64,000 nucleotides of DNA from an uncultured Methanosarcinaceae archaeon (GCA_963733675.1 CAVTET010000004.1:416001-480000); one strand, 5' to 3'; shown: positions 11,094 to 25,397, numbered from the stretch's first letter. Numbers and translations: made by a program. Notes: generated by a model from the sequence alone, not told the origin.

Positions 11094-11431
11094 TTAGATT
11101 ATGCATTTGCCTTTAATAAAACTTTTGATAATAAAATGAAACCGGATAGAACATCCCTTCATCAACTGCATAAAACTATATGCTGGAGAAATTCCTTCTA
11201 AAGATGGAAAGATTATTCTGGATACTGGAAATTTGGCATTGTCAAACTAATAACCAATCATTAAAGCCATTTCCTTTTAAATGCTCCTTGGTCTTCAGCA
11301 GATATTTTCAAACATATTAGAACAAAATAGATGTATTCAACTTTTGTTTTGTTCTTTTCGACAAGAGTAACATAAACAGTAAATCTTTCGTTTTTGTTAG
11401 TGATGCAAAGGAAAAGGTATGGTAAAAAGAG

Positions 11432-12285
11432 GGTTCCGTTGCAAAAAATTCAAAAAAATATGTAAATCTATAGGTAATGAATAAAAATCAGAATATTCAA
11501 AGAAAATGCACTAACATTATAAAACTATACCAAACAATTGATTAATGTATTTGACTTCACTAAGAACAGAGTAATTTAGATCATTTACTTGTCCTTTTTT
11601 GATCATATTCATAGCTTCAATTCCTTTTAAAGTCTTATTAGCAGATTGAAAAGACTGAAATCCTAACATTGGATTAACGATTCGCTTTATAAATCTATGA
11701 TCTTGTTCTATAATGTTATTCAAATACTTGATTTGTCGAATATCTACGTTTTTAGGTAGTATTTTATCATTTTTCAGTTTACATATAGCAAGTGGATAAG
11801 CTGGATTCTTATAAACAGTTATTACTCTTGGAATTTGATTATGATTAGAACTCAAAGCTTTCTTAAAAAATCTCTTCGCTGCATTTCGATTTCGTTTTGC
11901 ACTTAACATGAAATCAATTGTATCTCCATTTGAGTCAACTGCTCGGTAAAGATATTTCCATTTACCTTTTATTTTGATATAGGTTTCATCAACTTTCCAC
12001 GAATAGTTTGTTAGTCTTAAATGTCTTCTTATCTTCTTTTCTAGTTCAGGGGAATATTGATGTACCCATCTCATTATAGTACTGTGATCAACTTGAATTC
12101 CTCTTTCTATCATCATTTCCTTTAAATTTCTATAGCTCAATGGATATTTTAAGTACCATCTTACATTCAATAAAATAATTTCTCCTTCATAATGCTTCCA
12201 TTTAAAGGAATTAGATAGCATATTACTATCTTTGGTTTTCTTTTTATTCTATTGTATCATTAGAAAGGATTTTTGCAACGGAACC
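11432..12285 (-). mobile_element. IS6-family element, copy 1
   Basis: TIRs GGTTCCGTTGCAAAAA / TTTTTGCAACGGAACC around a 234-aa transposase. Confidence 0.95.
11517..12221 (-). CDS. IS6-family DDE transposase; second catalytic Asp replaced by Tyr
   Basis: VDETY, YLYRAVD and NNIIEQDHR motifs; ITVYK where the other copies have ITVDK. Confidence 0.9.
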   Translation of the reverse strand: MLSNSFKWKHYEGEIILLNVRWYLKYPLSYRNLKEMMIERGIQVDHSTIMRWVHQYSPELEKKIRRHLRLTNYSWKVDETYIKIKGKWKYLYRAVDSNGDTIDFMLSAKRNRNAAKRFFKKALSSNHNQIPRVITVYKNPAYPLAICKLKNDKILPKNVDIRQIKYLNNIIEQDHRFIKRIVNPMLGFQSFQSANKTLKGIEAMNMIKKGQVNDLNYSVLSEVKYINQLFGIVL

Positions 12286-12352
12286 TGATGTATTATACTA
12301 CGAAATATTTTTTAAATGTCAGAACAGTAACTCGTATATCTGCATTCAATAA

Positions 12353-13441
12353 TTAGATCAATAAATCCTCAATCCATGTCTCTCTAACTATATAGATCGC
12401 TTTAGTCTTTTCTTCCGGAGTCAGTTGCCGTCTCAATTCGAGGTACTCAAATGCTTGATAGCAGGGGTGATACTGAAACATCAGGTTGAGCCGTACATGC
12501 GGGGTCTTTTTTGCGATCCATTCTGTGATCTGGCTTGTGCAACATTCCAGGTGGCCAGGGAGGACCAGATGGCGAATGAGGACTTCTGCAGTTTCATATG
12601 CGAATTCGAAGTTAGGTTGCATGACTTCAAGGTACCTTTTTATTTGTGAATATTTCTGGGCGCATAAGTTGTTTCCATATTTGAAATCTCCAAGGTAGAT
12701 GTCCACAATTCCTTCGAGAATTTTTGCAATGTCAGTAGAATGGTACATATTTGAGTTCCAGATGACAGGCGTGTTTACAAAGATTTCCCTGATTATTTTC
12801 AGGACAGTATGTGCGTGTGGGGTAGGAGTTACAAAGTTTACATTCCTTGCTCCGTGCATTCTTCTGAGGTCAATTAGCCTTGCAATTTTCCTGGGTTCAA
12901 TTAGGGTTCCTGCTTCAGGACAGGGGGAGATATCCCAGTTCTGGCAGTAGACGCAGGCAAAAGTACAGCCCGTAAAAAAGATGGTGTGAGAAGGTATAAG
13001 TTCTGGCTCTTCTCCCATGTACAAAAATTCGGATGCATAATTAGAAAGATCTGTCAGCCTGCAGAATCCTTTTTCCCCTATCTTTCTATTAACTCCACAA
13101 CTCCAGCCGCAGCAGTTGCAGTTCTCCAGAATCCTGTCCACTATTGCAACTTTTAGATCGAGAAGAGACGGGTTAGCTTTTGGGTGTTTCAGGAAAATCT
13201 CAGTAAGCAGTAGTAACCTATCCGAGGCATTTTTGTGAGCAAGGGCATTAATAGCTTCAAGCTCAAGCTTCTCACGAAGCTTTCAGTATTCTTCGATGCC
13301 TTTCTTATGAATTTCCTTGAGTTCTTCAAGCTGCATGCTAGGTTCGAACTGAACTTGAATTTATTCTGTTATTTTAAAGAGAGCAGGCATTTCATTTCTC
13401 TGCACCTTAAAGTAGCGTTTAAGATGCTTCGAAGCTTTCAT
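12353..13441 (-). pseudogene. PflX-like radical SAM protein with two in-frame stops near the 5' end
   Basis: CTFACVYCQN motif and RHLVLPGH; the frame extends to ATG 13441 through TAA (13361-63) and TGA (13283-85). Confidence 0.8.
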
Positions 13442-14197
13442 ATTTAAATATTATCCTGCTAGGTTAAAGGCTTATCTTGTCTTTCGAGGCTCCGACCCAG
13501 ATTGTTACTCCTAAAGTAACTACTCAGAAAATATAATCTATCTCAAAACACGAACTATCCCTACAATCGGGTAATAGACAGTGTTAACTTTAAATCATAT
13601 AGACATTTATTTCAAAATTTGAGTATTAATAGACCTGTTAGTAAGATATATAATCTCAGTTGCATACTTGAGTTTAGTTTTGAGATAGCTTGATGTTTGC
13701 TATTTTTATTATCGTCTATATAATCTCGATTTGCAGAGCAAATACGGTAACTATTCAGTCTACCAAAAATATTTAATTGATATCGATTTTGACATCATAG
13801 ATATCTCTGATTACTAACTGATGAAAATAGAAAAGGCATAATCAACAGCTAATAATTGAAGAAAATCAGCTCACTGAAACTTGCCTATTGAGTTTAGTAG
13901 CGATGGCTATTATGCTAAAATGTAACAATCTAATACACTGTTTTTGCTATAAAACCATCGCATATTCATCTTTCAAAGAAGATATCATTTAGCGCACTTT
14001 TTTTGATGTGTAGATATCGCCAAGCTCATACTAATTAACCGCCATAGGCAGCGTCGCCTTGGTTATCGCCACCATCCTGATTACCATCGCAGGAACCATT
14101 ACAGCAGCATAGGTCCGGTCTTTAGCAAGGCATTTGTCCGTAGCCAGGGTATTGGCACATACCAAGCCATAGCCACTCCAGTCACCACATCCTCAGC

Positions 14198-14527
14198 TCA
14201 GCAGCCGCCACAGCCGCCATAGCCACTATATCCGGCCCAGCCACCCGGCCCCAGTCCACAGCCACCGCAGCCACCATAGCCGCCACAAACCGGCCAGCCC
14301 AAGCCAACCGGCCAGCCCCAGCCCCAGCCGCCACCGCAGCCGGCATATTCGGCCCAGCCGCCGCCCCAGGCGCCAAAGTCGTCACATCCGCCCCAGCCGC
14401 CAAAACCACCGTGACCATGACCATGATGACCTTCACGTTCTGAACTCGCTGCTGCTGCAGTCAACGATACTACAAAAAGGACTGACAGCAAAACTGCAAG
14501 TACCTTTTTCATTCCAAGTTTCAACAT
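14198..14527 (-). CDS. Secreted Gly/Trp/Cys/Tyr-rich low-complexity protein, possibly truncated
   Basis: RBS GGAGTG, signal peptide MKKVLAVLLSVLFVVSLTAAAAS, His patch, GGCGGC/GWGW/GGYGG repeats; locally GC-rich. Confidence 0.75.
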   Translation of the reverse strand: MLKLGMKKVLAVLLSVLFVVSLTAAAASSEREGHHGHGHGGFGGWGGCDDFGAWGGGWAEYAGCGGGWGWGWPVGLGWPVCGGYGGCGGCGLGPGGWAGYSGYGGCGGC

Positions 14528-15112
14528 TTGTTTACACTCCCATTTAATTTAATACACTTTTTATGTGATGCAACTATTATGATACATATTTTAGGGACAT
14601 ACTTTTCAAACTGTTACTTTTTCAATACATTTCACATCGGCAGATATACTGTGGAAATATTATTTAACTAACTAGTATTTCACCAACCGGTTCACAAACG
14701 AATATTGTAATCAGCTAGTTCAGCTTTAGTTCTTAAAGACTGATATATTACTTAATAATAAAGTCAGCTCATTTGCCGATAGAAATTATTTTCAATTATA
14801 TTATCAGATTATTTATATCCAAACTATATAATTTATAGAGAAAGTATAATTATGAATATATATTTCTAACCAAATATAGGAATGAATGATTACCATAAAT
14901 TAACAACTTTTAATAATTCGTAGGGAATTTTTATAAACCCATATATTTCATCCTAAACTTATGAAAGTATATACCTGATTCCTGAAAAATCAGTGGTTTA
15001 GAAGCATGTAAAGATGAACCATGGTGAAATTTTGATAATTCTTTACAAAAGAATTTTCAATTACTAAACTTCGAAATTGAATGGCTTGAGAGCTTGCTTA
15101 TACATAGTTTAT

Positions 15113-15412
15113 GGTTCCGTTGCAAAAAATCTGGCTATTTTACAAAACAAGTAAGAAACATCACAAATAAGATATTTATATGCCATAAACAGGTCAATAA
15201 TGATACAAAAAGCAATAGTTATAACCTAAAAAGGCAGTAAAATTATTTTTGCAACAGTATAATCTAAATTACTCTGTTCCCAATGAAGTCAAATACATTA
15301 GTCACTTGTTTGGTATAGTTTTATAATGTTAGTACACTTTCCTTGAATATTTTGATTTTTATTAATTACTTATAGATTTACGTGATAATTTTGAAATTTT
15401 TGCAACGGAACC
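15113..15412. mobile_element. IS6-TIR MITE (~15113-15258) fused to an IS6 right-end fragment (~15260-15412)
   Basis: First part is an inverted homolog of 26073-26222; second part matches the last ~150 bp of the IS6 copies. Confidence 0.85.
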
Positions 15413-15657
15413 CTATTAAGTTCCTGATTAATAGTCTAAGCTTTGCTTTTGCTTCACTCCTACATGTTACAAAGCCAATGATACTGGCGATTTTCTCGAA
15501 TATATCGTAAGGATTGCGTTTTTTAATCATTTTGAGAATTCCTATTTTCTTCGTGAGAATTCTGTTTGAATCTTTCCCGCTAATTTCTGTATTTGATTCG
15601 ATTTTTTCTGTTCATTATCCGTAGATTTCTAAAATATGTTTGGCTATCCTCAACCTA

Positions 15658-15747
15658 GTGAGAATATAGATAAACTTTGGTTTCCACAAGCCGATTATAT
15701 ACAATTTATAAGCATCGGACGAGATTTAGAGGTTTATCGAATCCTCT
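15658..15747. mobile_element. Degenerate ~90-bp MITE
   Basis: GAGAATATAGATAAA ... GGTTTATCGAATCCTCT. Confidence 0.6.
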
Positions 15748-15887
15748 ATACTAATATGTCACTTTTGTATGTTTTCTATAAACCTATAAAATGTAAATTT
15801 CGATGAATGGATAATTATAGTAGTTATTTTAAAGTTAACAGATTCCTTAATCAAGTACAAATGATGTACGATGTACTTTTTAATTTT

Positions 15888-16814
15888 TCAACCGTGAACT
15901 CCGATATTTAAAACCTCAGTCCCCTTCTCCAGCTTTCCAAAATTGACTTCGTAACGAATTTTCATTTCTCCCCATATTTGAAGCCCCGTCTGACAGCCCC
16001 GTGTCTGTACGACAAAAGAAGCTACAGTTGATCCAACTTTTCCGCATGTTGGCAGAGAGTATCCTCTAGTAAAAGCTAGCAAGAACCCTGCTCTGTAAGC
16101 ATCTCCTGCCCCTGTTGGGTCCACGACTTCAACAGAAATCACTGGAATTGAGAATTCCTCTTTACATGTGTAAATTCTGCTGCCCTTAGCATCACATGTA
16201 ACTACGATGATGTCAATCCTGGCTTTGAGTTCAGAGAAGCTTTTTCCGGTAATCTCCAAGATTCTCTTGATTTCATGTCTGTTAGCAAAGAGGATATTAG
16301 TGTAAGCAAGAATGAGTTCAAGTTTCTCTTTTGAATATGTAACAATGTCCTGGCCCGGGTCAAAAGATACGAAATCGGCTAGTTGTGCGATTTTTGCGTT
16401 GTAGACGGAATCTGCAGTTGCTAAATGGACAAAATCCACAGGTATGGGTTCAAGTTCTTTGAATTTTGAAGAAGCTCCCCAGTAGAAATAAGTTGTTTGG
16501 TTGTCCTCTCTATCCGTAAAAATAAACGCCTTGGAAATTTTTCGGTCTTCAAGCCTGTAGAGGCGGGAGATATCAACGTGTGAATCTATTAAAAGTTTTT
16601 CATATCCTGAACTTGCAAAATCCGTACCCACAGGAGAAATTAGTTGGCTTTTTCCTCCCAGTCTTGCGATGGCAATTGCAATGTTGGCAGCTCCTCCACC
16701 AGGGTATTCTTCGTAATCAATGATAGGAGAAGATTCGTTTTTTCCTGCCATTTTTTCAACAGTTACGATGTAATCAAGAGCAGTATGCCCAACGATGGAA
16801 ATTACTCGGTCCAT
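15888..16814 (-). CDS. PfkB-family carbohydrate/nucleoside kinase
   Basis: GGGAAN, FDPGQ, FAN.HE and VDPTGAGDAYRAG signature. Confidence 0.92.
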   Translation of the reverse strand: MDRVISIVGHTALDYIVTVEKMAGKNESSPIIDYEEYPGGGAANIAIAIARLGGKSQLISPVGTDFASSGYEKLLIDSHVDISRLYRLEDRKISKAFIFTDREDNQTTYFYWGASSKFKELEPIPVDFVHLATADSVYNAKIAQLADFVSFDPGQDIVTYSKEKLELILAYTNILFANRHEIKRILEITGKSFSELKARIDIIVVTCDAKGSRIYTCKEEFSIPVISVEVVDPTGAGDAYRAGFLLAFTRGYSLPTCGKVGSTVASFVVQTRGCQTGLQIWGEMKIRYEVNFGKLEKGTEVLNIGVHG

Positions 16815-16902
16815 GTAGTATCCTCCTGTTTCAGGGGTCTATTTTTCTGAATTTCATTTGTACTCTGTTAAGGAATCTGCTAACTTTAAAATGACTTTGC
16901 AA

Positions 16903-17920
16903 TTAGTCATTCATTGCAAATACGTCCATTTTAGTCAGGGAAATTTTCGTATACCCATTGAGAGCGATTGCTTTTTTCATGAGAGGTAGTTCAAACCACC
17001 CGCATCTTCTGTTCCTACCGGTAGTTGTTCCGAATTCGTACCCAGTTTTCTGTATCCTTTCTCCTAGTTCCCCTGTAAACTCTGTAAGTAGTGGGCCTAC
17101 CCCTACTCTTGTAATATAAGCTTTCACTATAGCTATCACATTGTCCACTCTTGTAAGGCCTACTCCAAAGGTTGGCACAGGCAGAGCCTTCGACTGTAGA
17201 GGAAGAGGTTACGAATTTTTTGGTTCCATGTATGATAATCTAGATGAGTACACTGAGCAGCTTCAGCCATTACATGCTTTCCTTCATCAAGAGCCTCGTT
17301 TATTTTCATTGAAACATCTGTGATATAAGTTGCAAACTGCCTGCCAAGTCCAATATATCTTTCTATGAGAGTAGAGTCCATAACTATCTTCGGATCTACC
17401 CCCATTTCTGCGATTTCTCTTTTCTTTTATGGGGCAAGTTCCTGAAGTCTTGTTAAAAAACGTTTACTGTCTATAAGCTCAGCCATGCGGATCTCGTCCC
17501 GTGCTATTTTATCTATGTGTGCGTAGCCGGTCCACGTTTTGTAGCCCCTATTTTCTGTTTCCTAGACGATTCTCTTGACCCACCCAATTAGATATAAGTA
17601 GAGCATAATTATACTGATTTTAGCATCTATGCCGAGTTTTCTGGCATCTATCTCTATACCATGCTTCTCAAATATCATGATTTCTTCAGCTAGAACCTCC
17701 TAATTTAGGGTAACTCCAGGCCCAATCAGGACTCTGGCATTAAGCAGAATACTGAAGGGAGAAGGTATAGTTTGTAGATATTGTCTCCTTCCTGGACCGT
17801 ATGACCAGTGTTGTTTCCTCCCTGAAGACGGGTAACAATGTCGTAATCTTTTGCGATCAGGTCGACAATTTTGTATTTTCCCTCGTCACCAAACTACACA
17901 CCTGTGATTATTGTAAACAT
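16903..17920 (-). pseudogene. purA: Adenylosuccinate synthetase pseudogene
   Basis: [29 protein letters not shown], later KAYITRVG.GP and EFGTTTGR.RRCGW; stops, frameshifts and a 3' truncation. Confidence 0.93.
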
Positions 17921-17974
17921 AAAGCTCCGTATGAAAAGAGCCCGAGAGTTTTTCCCTACAATAATTTACCTTGT

Positions 17975-19171
17975 TTAGAAAGTACTCAAATCGCCTTTGA
18001 TCACCATTTCAGTGATCTTCGTCACATCTGAAAACCAATCATCGATTACAACTTCAGCTTCCGCTTTAACCTTTTCAAAAGAGGTACCTTCTTTAGGAAT
18101 AATCTGAGCGCTTGCCACAAGTGGCTTGTCAATGGGTTTTCCTATTTGGGAAAGCAGTCTAACATAGACTTCCTGTACATCTGACACTTTTTTTACAATA
18201 TCACGGGAGATCTGAGTCGATAGAAGGTTGTAGATTTTCCCTACATGGTTGATCGGATTCTTCCCGCTCGTGGCTTCCATACTCATAGGCCTGTTTGGTG
18301 TTATCAAGCCATTACAGCGATTTCCGCGCCCAACGGAACCATCATCTCCCATTTCAGCTGAAGTTCCAGTAACTGTAAGGAAGACGTTGCCTTTTTCCAA
18401 ATCATCTCCTGCGTTAATGAAGACTTTCACATCTCGTTCAGTGTAACGAGTTGCAAGTTCCCCTACATAATCCTTCATCTCGTCAGTGATACTCATATAA
18501 CTGTTCAAATCGTCGATATATTTTCCAATCATGCCACTGCATATTGTAAGGGTTATACCTTCCCCATCCCTCGATCCCATGACCTTCATATCCTCCCCGA
18601 TGCCAGGAATGCGTGATTTCAGGTCTGTGAGAAGTTGTCTTTCTGTATTGTAGACAAGATGTTCAAGCTCAGAAAAAGGAGCATGGCCAACACCGAAAGA
18701 AGTATCATTTGCAGCCGGGACCCTATCTCTTATGAATACATCACGCAGGTCTGAGGACCCTGTTCCAAGTTTGCAGTCCATAACTATATCTCGATCAAGG
18801 TCAAGATTCACAAGAGTATTCTTAAGATATCTCCTGCCAGCTTGAATGGCTACAGCCTCAGTAGCAAGTTCGACACCTTCGAACTCTTTTGTGGCTCTGC
18901 CCACCAGTAAAATATATATTGGTTGCAGTATTTCCCCACCCCCGAATCTTGGACATGACCTTCCAGCTACAATCTGAGTTTCATCGGTGTTGTGGTGGAG
19001 TACCGCCCCACATTTGCTGATGTATTCCTGGCATAGAGCGTGGCTTACGGCTTCGGCCAATCCGTCTGATATGCTGTCAGGATGCCCGATCCCTTTGCGT
19101 TCTACAAGCTCTATTAGTTGTTTCTCGATAGGGGTTTGTAAGAGCTCTTCCACTTTAATATTTCGAGTCAT
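17975..19171 (-). CDS. mat: Archaeal S-adenosylmethionine synthase
   Basis: [40 protein letters not shown] and [13 protein letters not shown]. Confidence 0.97.
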   Translation of the reverse strand: MTRNIKVEELLQTPIEKQLIELVERKGIGHPDSISDGLAEAVSHALCQEYISKCGAVLHHNTDETQIVAGRSCPRFGGGEILQPIYILLVGRATKEFEGVELATEAVAIQAGRRYLKNTLVNLDLDRDIVMDCKLGTGSSDLRDVFIRDRVPAANDTSFGVGHAPFSELEHLVYNTERQLLTDLKSRIPGIGEDMKVMGSRDGEGITLTICSGMIGKYIDDLNSYMSITDEMKDYVGELATRYTERDVKVFINAGDDLEKGNVFLTVTGTSAEMGDDGSVGRGNRCNGLITPNRPMSMEATSGKNPINHVGKIYNLLSTQISRDIVKKVSDVQEVYVRLLSQIGKPIDKPLVASAQIIPKEGTSFEKVKAEAEVVIDDWFSDVTKITEMVIKGDLSTF

Positions 19172-19532
19172 TTGGATCAACTTTTTATAAAGTTAACAAT
19201 AATTTTATTATTAGAGTATTTTAAAATATTATTTTACTTTATTTGTAACTATCCAGTCTACCAAAACTAGATCTGTTGACTTCATTTTAATATGCATAGA
19301 TTAAATGACCATTGCCCAACAATTAAAGAAAATTAGCTCACTAAAATTAGCCAACTGAATCTTAATAAAGATGACGATTAACATTTTTTTATCCAGGCTG
19401 AATAATTGCCTTTATTTTAGAATTGAAGTGCATCATACATTTTCACGTTTCAGAGATAGAAATATATCCATAGTTACTGCATAAAATGCACCGGAAAATT
19501 ACTAAAAATATTTATACTTTTTTGTTCCTAAA

Positions 19533-20686
<1,154 letters not shown>

Positions 20687-21981
20687 GGCAATCCCATAAT
20701 ATTAGGTAAACAGTTAAATTCAATTGCATTAAATATGAATGTTATTTGGAATATCGTTTCTAAGTTTACTGTTGGTACCAAAATTTAATAGAAGTATACT
20801 TTTTATACTACTTAAATGAGCTTTATGCTCCTGATTTTTTCATATTACTAAAAGTTCAATTTTGCATTTTTTAATTTTTTATATTTTTATTCCAAAATGA
20901 ATCCTGTGCCAATACGATGCAATTTTTGAGAGATACTATACAAATTAGTAACCTTTGTCAAATTGGAATTGTTACTTTCACTGAAGAACACCTTTAAAAA
21001 CTAGTCTAAATATTTTTGTTTGTTTCTGTCATACGTACAAATTTCACCCAAATTATACAGTAAGTAATAACTTATATGTTATAAATTACTACTTGTTAAT
21101 ATTTATGGGTTTTGAAAATTGGAAGATATATATAAATATATTTCATAAAGTATGATCGCGCTTCAAGTCGTAGTATTTCTCATATAATTCAAAGTTCTAT
21201 CTTATTTTTTGATGAAATACTTTAGTAATTATTGCAATCTTTTAGAATTAAGATATATATATATAATATTATTTTTCCCCATAACAGTACCAATTTTAGG
21301 TTATTTATGTGATATTCTCGGAGAAAAATTGGTAACGTATAAAGTTGGTGAAAAAGAGAAGTTTTTAAATTAAAATTCTAATTTAAAAGCCACAATTTAA
21401 CATTCATAGATTTACAGAAAAATGAACAAAAGCAATACGTTTACAATAGATTGTATTTCAACCAAATATAATCGATGCCCACTTTCTGCAACGTTCTCAA
21501 CAAAATAATCGCTTTTATACATCGTTTTTTATGATAATGTCGTGGTTATTTAAAAATATATTTTAGAAAGCTTTCTCAATTTTTGACTTTTTTGCTCCCA
21601 ATGAGATTTTCCAACCCTATTTCCCGAGGCCCCAGTCAAGATGATAACCGAAGATTTTAAACTATTTTTCCAAAAAAATAACATGAAAAATGTTATTTTT
21701 TGAGAGCATCTTTTAAAGTTGGCTAAAATTTTCCAAATAATCATATACGAGTAGATGATAACTTATTATTGTGTGCATCTAATTATACACTTACGACTCA
21801 CGCAGCTAAGCTGAAAAATAGATAGCCGTAAATATTTAATTATTTAAAACATAAATTGAAACAAAAGTATCTATTACGCTTGATTTTGTATCTCAAGTAT
21901 ATAAATCCTCCATGGATATATTTTTTAATATGATAACATTCTAATTTATAAGTGACGCCATAGTAAAAAAGGGATTGTCAG

Positions 21982-22905
21982 ATGAAAGATAACCAAGCTA
22001 GCTTTACTGCAATGATGGTAGCCTACATGCGTGCTTATCATGCCATGCACGATACTCCAAAAATTTTTGATGACTTTCTAGCCTATGATTTGATACCAGA
22101 GGAAAAAAGATTGACAATTGAACAACATTTGGTTGAATTTTATTTGAATTTGAATAAAGAATTAAATGATTCTAAGCATGCTACTTCGCTCTACGACCAG
22201 ATTACTGCTTCGACACACTTTATGCAAGCGATTAATAATATAATAAGCCGTGCAAGATATACGGAAGAAACTCTCGAGAAGACTGTCAGACAGGGAGTAA
22301 AGCAGTATATAATTCTTGGGGCAGGAATGGATACATTTGCGTTTCGCCGCCCTGAGATGTTGGAAGAATTGGAAGTATTTGAGATTGACCACCCTGCCAC
22401 ACAAGAATTTAAGCTTAATAGACTTACAGAGTTAGGGTGGAAACATCCAGCAAAATTACACTTCATTCCTATAGATTTCACAAAGGAAAGTTTAGTAACG
22501 GCACTAACTCGGTCATCATCTTATGACCCAAATGTTAAAAGCTTCTTTAGCTGGTTTGGTGTCACCCCTTATTTGACCCAAGAAGAGGTGTTTGCAACAC
22601 TACGTTCCATTTCTGAGGTTACCTCTGCTAGCAGCACTGTAGCTTTCGATTATTTTGATACCGATGCATTTGTTCCTGAAAAATTGTCTCCACAAAGGCA
22701 AAAAACATTGGACTTTTTGCAAAAAATAGGTGAACAAATGAAACACGATGGCTTCAATCCAGCAAGCTTAGCTGAAGATCTCACAGCTTTAGGATTCCGT
22801 CTTCACGAAAATTTGAGCCCAGCAGACATCGAAGAACGCTACTTACAAGAACGCCCGGATGGACATCTTGAGTATGTGCACTTTGCATGTGCGGTTACTG
22901 AATAA
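21982..22905 (+). CDS. SAM-dependent methyltransferase (LCM-like)
   Basis: TAMMVAYMRA, IFDDFLA, QYIILGAGMDTFAFR, FEIDHP.TQ..K and GV..YL. Confidence 0.9.
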   Translation: MKDNQASFTAMMVAYMRAYHAMHDTPKIFDDFLAYDLIPEEKRLTIEQHLVEFYLNLNKELNDSKHATSLYDQITASTHFMQAINNIISRARYTEETLEKTVRQGVKQYIILGAGMDTFAFRRPEMLEELEVFEIDHPATQEFKLNRLTELGWKHPAKLHFIPIDFTKESLVTALTRSSSYDPNVKSFFSWFGVTPYLTQEEVFATLRSISEVTSASSTVAFDYFDTDAFVPEKLSPQRQKTLDFLQKIGEQMKHDGFNPASLAEDLTALGFRLHENLSPADIEERYLQERPDGHLEYVHFACAVTE

Positions 22906-22922
22906 TTAGGCACATAATATAT

Positions 22923-23774
22923 GGTTCCGTTGCAAAAATCCTTTCTAATGATACAATAGAATAAAAAGAAAACCAAAGATAGTAATATGCTATCTAATTC
23001 CTTTAAATGGAAGCATTATGAAGGAGAAATTATCCTATTAAATTTAAGATGGTACTTAAAATATCCATTGAGCTATAGAAATTTAAAGGAAATGATGATA
23101 GAAAGAGGAATTCAAGTTGATCACAGTACTATAATGAGATGGGTGCATCAATATTTCCCTGAGATAGAAAAAAAGATAAGAAGACATTTAAAACTAACAA
23201 ACTATTCGTGGAAAGTTGATGAAACCTATATCAAAATAAAAGGTAAATGGAAATATTTTTACTGAGCAGTTGACTCAAATGGAGATACAATTGATTTCAT
23301 GTTAAGTGCAAAACGAGATAGAAAAGCAGCAAAAAGATTCTTTAAGAAAGCTTTGAGTTCTAATCATAACCAAATTCCAAGAGTAATAACAGTTGATAAG
23401 AATCCAGCTTATCCACCTGCTATAGGTAAACTGAAAAATGATAAAATACTACCTAAAAACGTAGGCATTAGACAAATCAAGTATTTGAATAACATTATAG
23501 AACAAGATCATAGATCTATAAAGCGAATCGTTAATCCAATGTTAGGATTTCAGTCTTTTCAATCTGCTAATAAGACTTTAAAAGGAATTGAAGCTATGAA
23601 TATGATCAAAAAAAACAAGTCAATAATCTAAATTACTCTATTCTTAATGAAATCAAATACATTAATAAATTGTTTGGTATAGTTTTATAATGTTAGTACA
23701 TTTCCTTGAATATTTTGATTTTTATTTATTACTTATAGATTTACATATTTTTTTGAATTTTTTGCAACGGAACC
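22923..23774 (+). mobile_element. IS6-family element, copy 2 (transposase interrupted)
   Basis: Same TIRs; TGA at 23263-65 splits the ORF (22987-23265, 23299-23631); the 3' end is frameshifted. Confidence 0.95.
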
Positions 23775-24460
23775 TCAGAATCTACGATACATAGATTTAG
23801 ACCCAAAAACTCTGCATAATTAAAATATAGTGTCTTTTAAAGAAAAAAAATAGTATTTCTAGTAAACGGATATCTAATACATGCTCATTTGCAGTATGAC
23901 GGAGCAGGTGGTATGGGTTCGAACTTTGAAAAAATAGATTATTATAGGACTCTAACTTCATAATAAATTAGATATTGATGTTACTGCTGACGATGCACAC
24001 ATCAACAGTATTTACCCCATTCTGGGAAAACTATTTTTCTGTCCCCCAAATAGTGTTAGTTTTACTACTTTACATATTTTTTCATAATGTTCTAGGTATT
24101 CTAAGTATGATTGTAGTTTAGTTTAATTAGTTCCAAATGTTCAGGAGCCCTAGATTTTCTATGAGTCCCATAAGCTTCAGGAGTCATAGAGCAGTAACCC
24201 TTTCTTATTTCAAATGGAACTAGGAAATTTCGAGATTTTAAGATAAACATTGTGCATAAGATTATGCCATTTTAAAAATATTGCTTTAAAGTGTAGATCG
24301 ATAAGAATTTCAATAAACCGATTTTTTAATAAACAATTTATATATTATCCATAGTATAGAACTAATTTATGGGTTCATAGTAATCTGCTATATAATCTAT
24401 TACAATAACTCATGGGCATAACTAAGAATCTATAGGTTTTAAAATATGGAAAATTGAATA

Positions 24461-24652
24461 AACAAAGATGCAAAAATACTTGTTTACTGCTTTAGTAGAA
24501 ACAGAAGTTCTGTTGCAAGTCAAATGTTGGTACAGTCAGGTTACAAAAGAGTCTATAATATGCAAAGCGGTATCATAAAATGGGTAAATGCAAGGTATCC
24601 AGTTGTAATTGACCCTATATTTTGGACAATTAATTATCCAAATGTAGTGTAA
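24461..24652 (+). pseudogene. C-terminal remnant of a rhodanese-like protein
   Basis: NKDAKILVYCFSRNRSSVASQMLVQSGYKRVYNMQSGIIKWVNARYPV; no start codon or N-terminal half. Confidence 0.75.
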
Positions 24653-25207
24653 TAAAGTATTGATAGTTGGTTAAGCTATAATTTCCAGGACAGATTTTTG
24701 GCAGCTCATTTAATTAATTTGTTGAGCTGATCACAAAACAATTGGGCATTGTACCTAAAGTTCTGCAAATTTTTATTGGCTCTATTTCTTTTTCTTTCCC
24801 TTATCACAAAAATTTAGTTCTGTATCAACTAAATAGGATGAAATTACTACATTGGAAAGTTCTTTCACCAAAAAATAGGATTAATCGTTTTGCTGATATG
24901 GAAATCTTCATACAATGCATGTGCATCTTAGGGTTAAGATAATTCAAATATTTGGACCAAAATAGAAACCAGTATTAAAATCAACAGTCTCAATATTCAT
25001 CGGTATAAATGATAACTTGATAACAGGAAACAAATAGGTGAATTAATTCCAAGTGTTCCCTCGGTTCCATATGTTCTAGAAGTACCAGAAGCTCCATGAG
25101 AAATAAATCAATACATTTTTTATTTTTTGTGGAATTTCAAAGATGAAGAGATTTTAGCCACAAAATCTGTGTATTTAAAAATTATTGATTTGATTAGACT
25201 CGCGAGC

Positions 25208-25346
25208 TAATAAAAAACATTATTAATATTTAATTGTTTTTTAATTGTAAAAAATATTATACGGGATTATTTTTTGGTTATAAACTATTTTTCATAGAAT
25301 TAATTTAAAATAATTACAAAGATAATTGTATACTGTACCACAATAC
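25208..25346 (+). promoter_or_regulatory. AT-rich promoter-like module, copy A
   Basis: Colinear with the reverse complement of 32803-32940 and with 26554-26688 and 39479-39585; core ATTAATTTAAAATAATTAC. Confidence 0.65.
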
Positions 25347-25397
25347 GACATAACGAGTTGATCGAAAAAAAAATCAGAAATGGAAAAATTGAATTAT

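Noticed and set aside
14190-14200. TGA after the Cys-rich peptide as selenocysteine
   Set aside because: In-frame read-through loses the Gly/Cys pattern, the continuation needs a frameshift, and Methanosarcina are not known to use Sec.
12353-14527. Radical SAM plus Cys-rich peptide as a RiPP cluster
   Set aside because: The radical SAM is a PflX-like type without a visible SPASM or RRE domain, is itself interrupted and lies >700 bp away; no transporter or protease is nearby.
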